This document shows positions 58,943-64,000 of a stretch of 64,000 bases of DNA, piece by piece. Position 1 is the stretch's first letter. Each line of letters begins with the position of its first letter. The notes under the pieces were generated by a model. It did not search any database and was not told the DNA's origin. It was given only the letters and a program-made list of their open reading frames with translations. The stretch comes from Macrostomum lignano (Eukaryota): positions 62,001 through 126,000 of the forward strand of contig NIVC01000637.1 of assembly GCA_002269645.1 (NCBI GenBank), written 5' to 3'. The position numbers and the translations under genes are program-made.

Positions 58943-61311
58943 TCACTCCAGCTTGTTCGTCCACACCGGAGGCACATAGCAGAAATTCTTGTAGCTATCG
59001 GGGCACCTCCTGTGCTTGGAGCTCAGCCCTGCAAGTTGTGTTTGAGACTGACTGACTGACTGACTGACTGACTGACTGACTGACTGACTGACTGACTGAC
59101 TGACTGACTGACTGACTGACTGACTGACTGACTGACTGACTGACTGACTGACTGACTGACTGACTGACTGACTGACTGACTGACTGACTGACTGACTGAC
59201 TGACTGACTGACTGACTGACTGACTGACTGACTGACTGACTGACTGACTGACTGACTGACTGACTGACTGACTGACTGACTGACTGACTGACTGACTGAC
59301 TGACTGACTGACTGACTGACTGACTGACTGACTGACTGACTGACTGACTGACTGACTGACTGACTGACTGACTGACTGACTGACTGACTGACTGACTGAC
59401 TGACTGACTGACTGACTGACTGACTGACTGACTGACTGACTGACTGACTGACTGACTGACTGACTGACTGACTGACTGACTGACTGACTGACTGACTGAA
59501 TTGAGTGAGTGGGTGACTGACTGACTGACTGACTGACTTGAGTGAGTGGGTGACTGACTGACTGACTGACTGACTGACTGACTGACTGACTGACTGACTG
59601 ACTGACTGACTGACTGACTGACTGACTGACTGACTGACTGACTGACTGAATTGAGTGAGTGGGTGACTGACTGACTGACTGACTGACTTGAGTGAGTGGG
59701 TGACTGACTGACTGACTGACTGACTGACTGACTGACTGACTGACTGACTGACTGACTGACTGACTGACTGACTGACTGACTGACTGACTGACTGACTGAC
59801 TGACTGACTGACTGACTGACTGACTGACTGACTGACTGACTGACTGACTGACTGACTGACTGACTGACTGACTGACTGACTGACTGACTGACTGACTGAC
59901 TGACTGACTGACTGACTGACTGACTGACTGACTGACTGACTGACTGACTGACTGACTGACTGACTGACTGACTGACTGACTGACTGACTGACTGACTGAC
60001 TGACTGACTGACTGACTGACTGACTGACTGACTGACTGACTGACTGACTGACTGACTGACTGACTGACTGACTGACTGACTGACTGACTGACTGACTGAC
60101 TGACTGACTGACTGACTGACTGACTGACTGACTGACTGACTTACTAAAGAAGGCCGCGTAGTCTTTGTACGCGCTGACGGCGATCATCAGGCAGTTCTCG
60201 AACTGCTTGGCGCCCAACTCCTCGTGGTCCATCAGAGCCTCGCTGACGTTGCGCAGCAGGGTTCGCGACGGGACGTTCACGCAGAGGGGCTCGCTGGTTC
60301 CGCTCATGTCTATGATTAGGAACAGCTGAGAGTTGTGCCGGTTGAAGGGAAAGAAGAACCTGTACACCTGACTGTACATGATGGACAAGTAAAACTTGTG
60401 CTTGAAGTCCCACATAAAGTCGCTCGCTCGTGGTAGTGGAATAGTCACCTGAACCCTATAGGGCATATTATGGGCAAGTCGTTGTGGGTAAATATGCGGC
60501 CTGCTACTCGAAAACTTCCTGTATTGCTGATTCCCTCACGGCTACTATGAAAAGTAACTCACTTCAAAACCACATTATTCGCAGCTGTCTCAACTCTACA
60601 GACACCTCACTCCAGAGCCACCTTACTCCGCAGCCACCTCACTCCAGAGCCAACTCTCTCTACAGCCACCTCACTCCACAGCTACCTCACTCCACAACCA
60701 CCTCACTCCACAACCACCTCACTCCACAGCCACCTCACTCCACAGCCACCTCACTTCACAGCTACCTCACTCCACAACCACCTCACTCCGCAGCCACCTC
60801 ACTCCACAGCCACCTCACTTCACAGCTACCTCACTCCACAACCACCTCACTCCGCAGCCACCTCACTCCACAGCCACCTCACTTCACAGCTACCTCACTC
60901 CACAACCACCTCACTCCACAACCACCTCACTCCACAGCCACCTCACTTCACAGCTACCTCACTCACCGCTATCTCAACTCCAAAGCCACCTTACTCTGCA
61001 GCCAACCTTAGCACATATACTTACTCAAACGGATAGAAGAGTGTGTCGGAGCTGACAAACTTCCTAAGGTTGACCCGGGCCAGTCGGACATCCGTGTTCA
61101 GCCTCACCAGGGGGCCCAAGTTGGGGAAGTTCGGCATCGTGTGCACATTGTAGCCGCTGATGAACAGATCATACTGATGGTCGGCTGACGAGGAGACGGT
61201 CTGGGATTGGCTTATGAACTGGGTACTCGGCTGCTTCAGCTGCATTTGCATCTGCTGAGCAAGTAGGGATGGTTTCTCCTCCTGAGGTGCTGTGTCGCTA
61301 TCGATCTCCAT
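58943..61311 (-). CDS. Uncharacterised spliced gene (at least 227 aa)
   Basis: Exons 61311-61025 (GA|GTAAGT), 60455-60145 (A|GTAAGT), 59028-58943; phases match and codons are GC3-rich. Start and end are uncertain: GA|GTGAGC at 58947 may be a donor rather than the stop. Family not recognised. Confidence 0.6.
59046..60140. repeat. (GACT)n microsatellite, about 1.1 kb
   Basis: Nearly perfect, with a duplicated interruption near 59500 and 59650. Confidence 0.98.
60600..60990. repeat. 16-bp minisatellite
   Basis: CACCTCACTCCACAGC. Confidence 0.92.
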
Positions 61312-61759
61312 CAGCCAAGCCGCTGCTGAGCTTAACAAGATTCAGTCTTCTAGTCTTTTAACCTTTGTTTCTGAAGAGCCAAACAAATTCAGAACATATT
61401 TCGTACAACACAGTGTTTACACAGGGCGTGGATCTCGGCAAGCGTCTATGGCTTAACCTAAATGAAAAATGAGTTCCAAAAATAGAAGCTCAGCTGCATG
61501 GGAATGGGGATGGCTGAATGCGCTGCACAAATTTACTCGTAGCTTTTTGCAGCCCATTTGGGCTAACGCGCATTGAATTTAATCTAAGATTCATTTGCAA
61601 ATGTAACAGAGCTTTTGTCTATGGTAGCAAGGCTGGCACAGCGGCATTTTATTTGGTCCAACAAGCATCAATTTGGTCCATAGTTTCATTTTCAAGTGCT
61701 ACGGAGGAGCAAGATCAGCCCCACAATTGTTGGACCAAATGCTAGGCTATCGAACGAAT

Positions 61760-62170
61760 GCCATTGGCTTGTGATCGAAGCGCTTGACTGCAGAGGTGAA
61801 CACCCAAAGAACATTGCAAGGTTGCTGAATGTAAAGGAAAAAATGGTTTACAGAATTCATTGCTAGTGCGTTGAAACCTCTTCCGGCAGAGGTCGCCTGC
61901 GAAGGGGTGGCAATCGCCAAGGCAAGTTGCGAGAGCCTCAGGTCCAGCTGCTACTCGATGCAGTTAAGACGAACCCTTTGTTCACTGTGCAGAAATGCAG
62001 CAAAAGTTGAGGGAACAGTTTCAGTCGGTTATCAGATTTCTACTATCAGCAGAGCTCTGGAAAAGCGACTGAAAATTGTCGGTAGAGACGCTGACATTCC
62101 AGCGGTACTCAGCAACCCGCAGACGGTTGCGAGAGGGCAAGAGTTTGCCGATTGGCTCACAAGCGTCTGG
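61760..62170 (+). pseudogene. Degenerate IS630/Tc1-like transposase N-terminal fragment
   Basis: HTH-like HPKNIARLLNVKEKMVYRI, then ISTISRALEKRL..SNPQTVARGQEFADWL in another frame; no DDE region seen. Confidence 0.5.
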
Positions 62171-62362
62171 ACCAAATTGATGCTTGCTGGACCAAATTAA
62201 ATGTCAATGTGCCAGCCTTGCTACATAGACAAAAGCTCAATTGCATTGGCAAACATATCTTGGAATTAACTCATGCGCGTAGGCCCAAATGGGATGCAAA
62301 AATCTATATTTATCGATATGATAGGACCGTACCGTGACAGGCAGCTCACTAAGTCCAAGAAC

Positions 62363-62996
62363 TATCGCTTTTGACGCTCTAGATAAGACTTTAGACATTC
62401 AAAATAAGACTGCATAGGATCGCAAGCAAGGCCAGGCTAGCCACGGCCAGAGCATGCCCAGTCTTGGCTGCAGGAATGGCTTGGCCATAGACTAAAAAAT
62501 GGAATATCAAAATGAGAATAAGACGCTCAATATGAGACTGAGTGTGAAAGCCTTCAGATATCGCTCTAACCCTCTGACCTTCAGCCAGCTCTCCTTCTTC
62601 ACCCCTTGGGTTGCATCTGACCCCTTGGATTTCACTGTGATGGCACCATCGATTCCTGCAGCAGACCGTCAGCGTCTGATCGACGCAGTAAACAATGGAT
62701 CAACCATCCTAGCTGCCGCTCAAATTCTCAAGATCAAGAGAGCGTCCGCCTTGCCTAATTTCTCCTTAGCTGTTTGTATATGGTGACTGCCAAAAAGCAA
62801 ATAAATTACGTTCACTCCCGGTCTCATATTGAGCGTCTTATTCTCATTTTGATATTCCATTTTTTAGTCTATGGCCAAGCCATTCCTGCAGCCAAGACTG
62901 GGCATGCTCTGGCCGTGGCTAGCCTGGCCTTGCTTGCGATCCTATGCAGTCTTATTTCGAATGTCTAAAGTCTTATCTAGAGCGTCAAAAGCGATA
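62363..62996 (+). mobile_element. Non-autonomous DNA transposon with 176-bp TIRs
   Basis: 62363-62538 versus 62821-62996 are near-perfect inverted arms with terminal TA. The spacer encodes an HTH-like stub MAPSIPAADRQRLIDAVNNGSTILAAAQILKIKRASA. Confidence 0.85.
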
Positions 62997-64000
62997 TTGA
63001 AGCTGATGGATGGAACCCTTGGTTTCTTAGACATTTTTGAAGACTGGCTTACACAAAAAGTACCCTACTGAGACAAAAATAGCGATCGTTTTTTATGGAG
63101 CCAGATCAACTGTTCATCTTTTAATATGAAAAGTCTGCTTTACTTCTCTATATGCATAAATTATGGATTGATACTCGTATAAGATTGAATCACGAACCAT
63201 TTGCGATGGAAGTGCGCATGACAATCAATTATTTGTTTTGCCGAGCAACAAAGCAACAAAGGGCGCACTTAATTGACTCCTCACGAGTCGTCGGCATTTT
63301 TTACGAAGATTTATTGATAAAATTGGAAATTAGACCGCGTTTATTGTCTGAATGTTTACATGTATGTGTAGCTCAACAGAGTTCTTTTTCACACATCAGT
63401 TGAATTAGTTTGACGCAACTCGAGCAGCAGAAGTTAAAATCTTACGTTGTGAATGCACGGATACAGTACTGGAGCAAGGACTTCTAGACTAACAGGACGT
63501 AAAACTCAAAGATCGTGCAATTTTTTGGAGGCCACGATTTCCTGGAAAAAATACACTGCGAAGATAGGAAAAAATCAGTTTTTCGTCACAAAATCTGTGA
63601 TTGTATTTGATCTGGGGCAGTCAAGACTACCATTCTTTTAATTTAACATGCACAATATGTTACTCTATTATATTTTAGTCTAGAAGTCCTTGTACTGGAG
63701 TCATGCAGTCAGCTGACAGGATGACATGACAGGACAGCAGGGCTACATGTTTGTACATGATGTAGCATTTTACGAGCGTGCTAACAAACTGCACAACTCA
63801 CCTAAATCTACTGTTGTTGCACCGTCCGCACTTATGGCTCCTCTACTTACTTGACAAACGGAGAAAATAACCTATATAGCTTGATCACGATCGATGGAAT
63901 TGCTGCTGATAACTTTTCATGTGTACGCGATTTCACTTTTTTAAAGAAAAGTGAATTTTATGATTTTGCTGATACAATGTATAGTAGGTTCCCTTGCTGA

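Overview
Eukaryotic (animal) genomic DNA. GC3-rich exons are separated by introns packed with private minisatellites. This style resembles the flatworm Macrostomum, which is an inference only. Hand-spliced genes: the 3' part of a rabphilin/Doc2-type tandem-C2 gene (+, about 1.1-7.1 kb), a Ca-binding mitochondrial carrier SCaMC (-), AHSA1 (-), four tandem paralogs encoding signal peptide + PAN/Apple-like + F-type (fucose-binding) lectin domain (+, 25.9-49.3 kb), a RING-ubiquitin-like-TerD-like fusion gene (-, 50.0-53.6 kb) and an unrecognised 3-exon gene (-, 58.9-61.3 kb). Mobile DNA includes a Mag-type Gypsy LTR element with a nested LOA/R1-like non-LTR element, a solo LTR, mariner and Tc1/IS630-like remnants, MITEs and a tRNA-related SINE family. 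Most long ORFs in the supplied track are read-throughs of tandem repeats, not genes. The strongest leads are (1) the PAN-F-lectin cluster, with mosaic paralogs, alternative sugar-binding loops and an intron built from tandem copies of its own GC splice donor, and (2) the RING-Ubl-TerD protein. All exon models come from manual reading and need RNA-seq confirmation.
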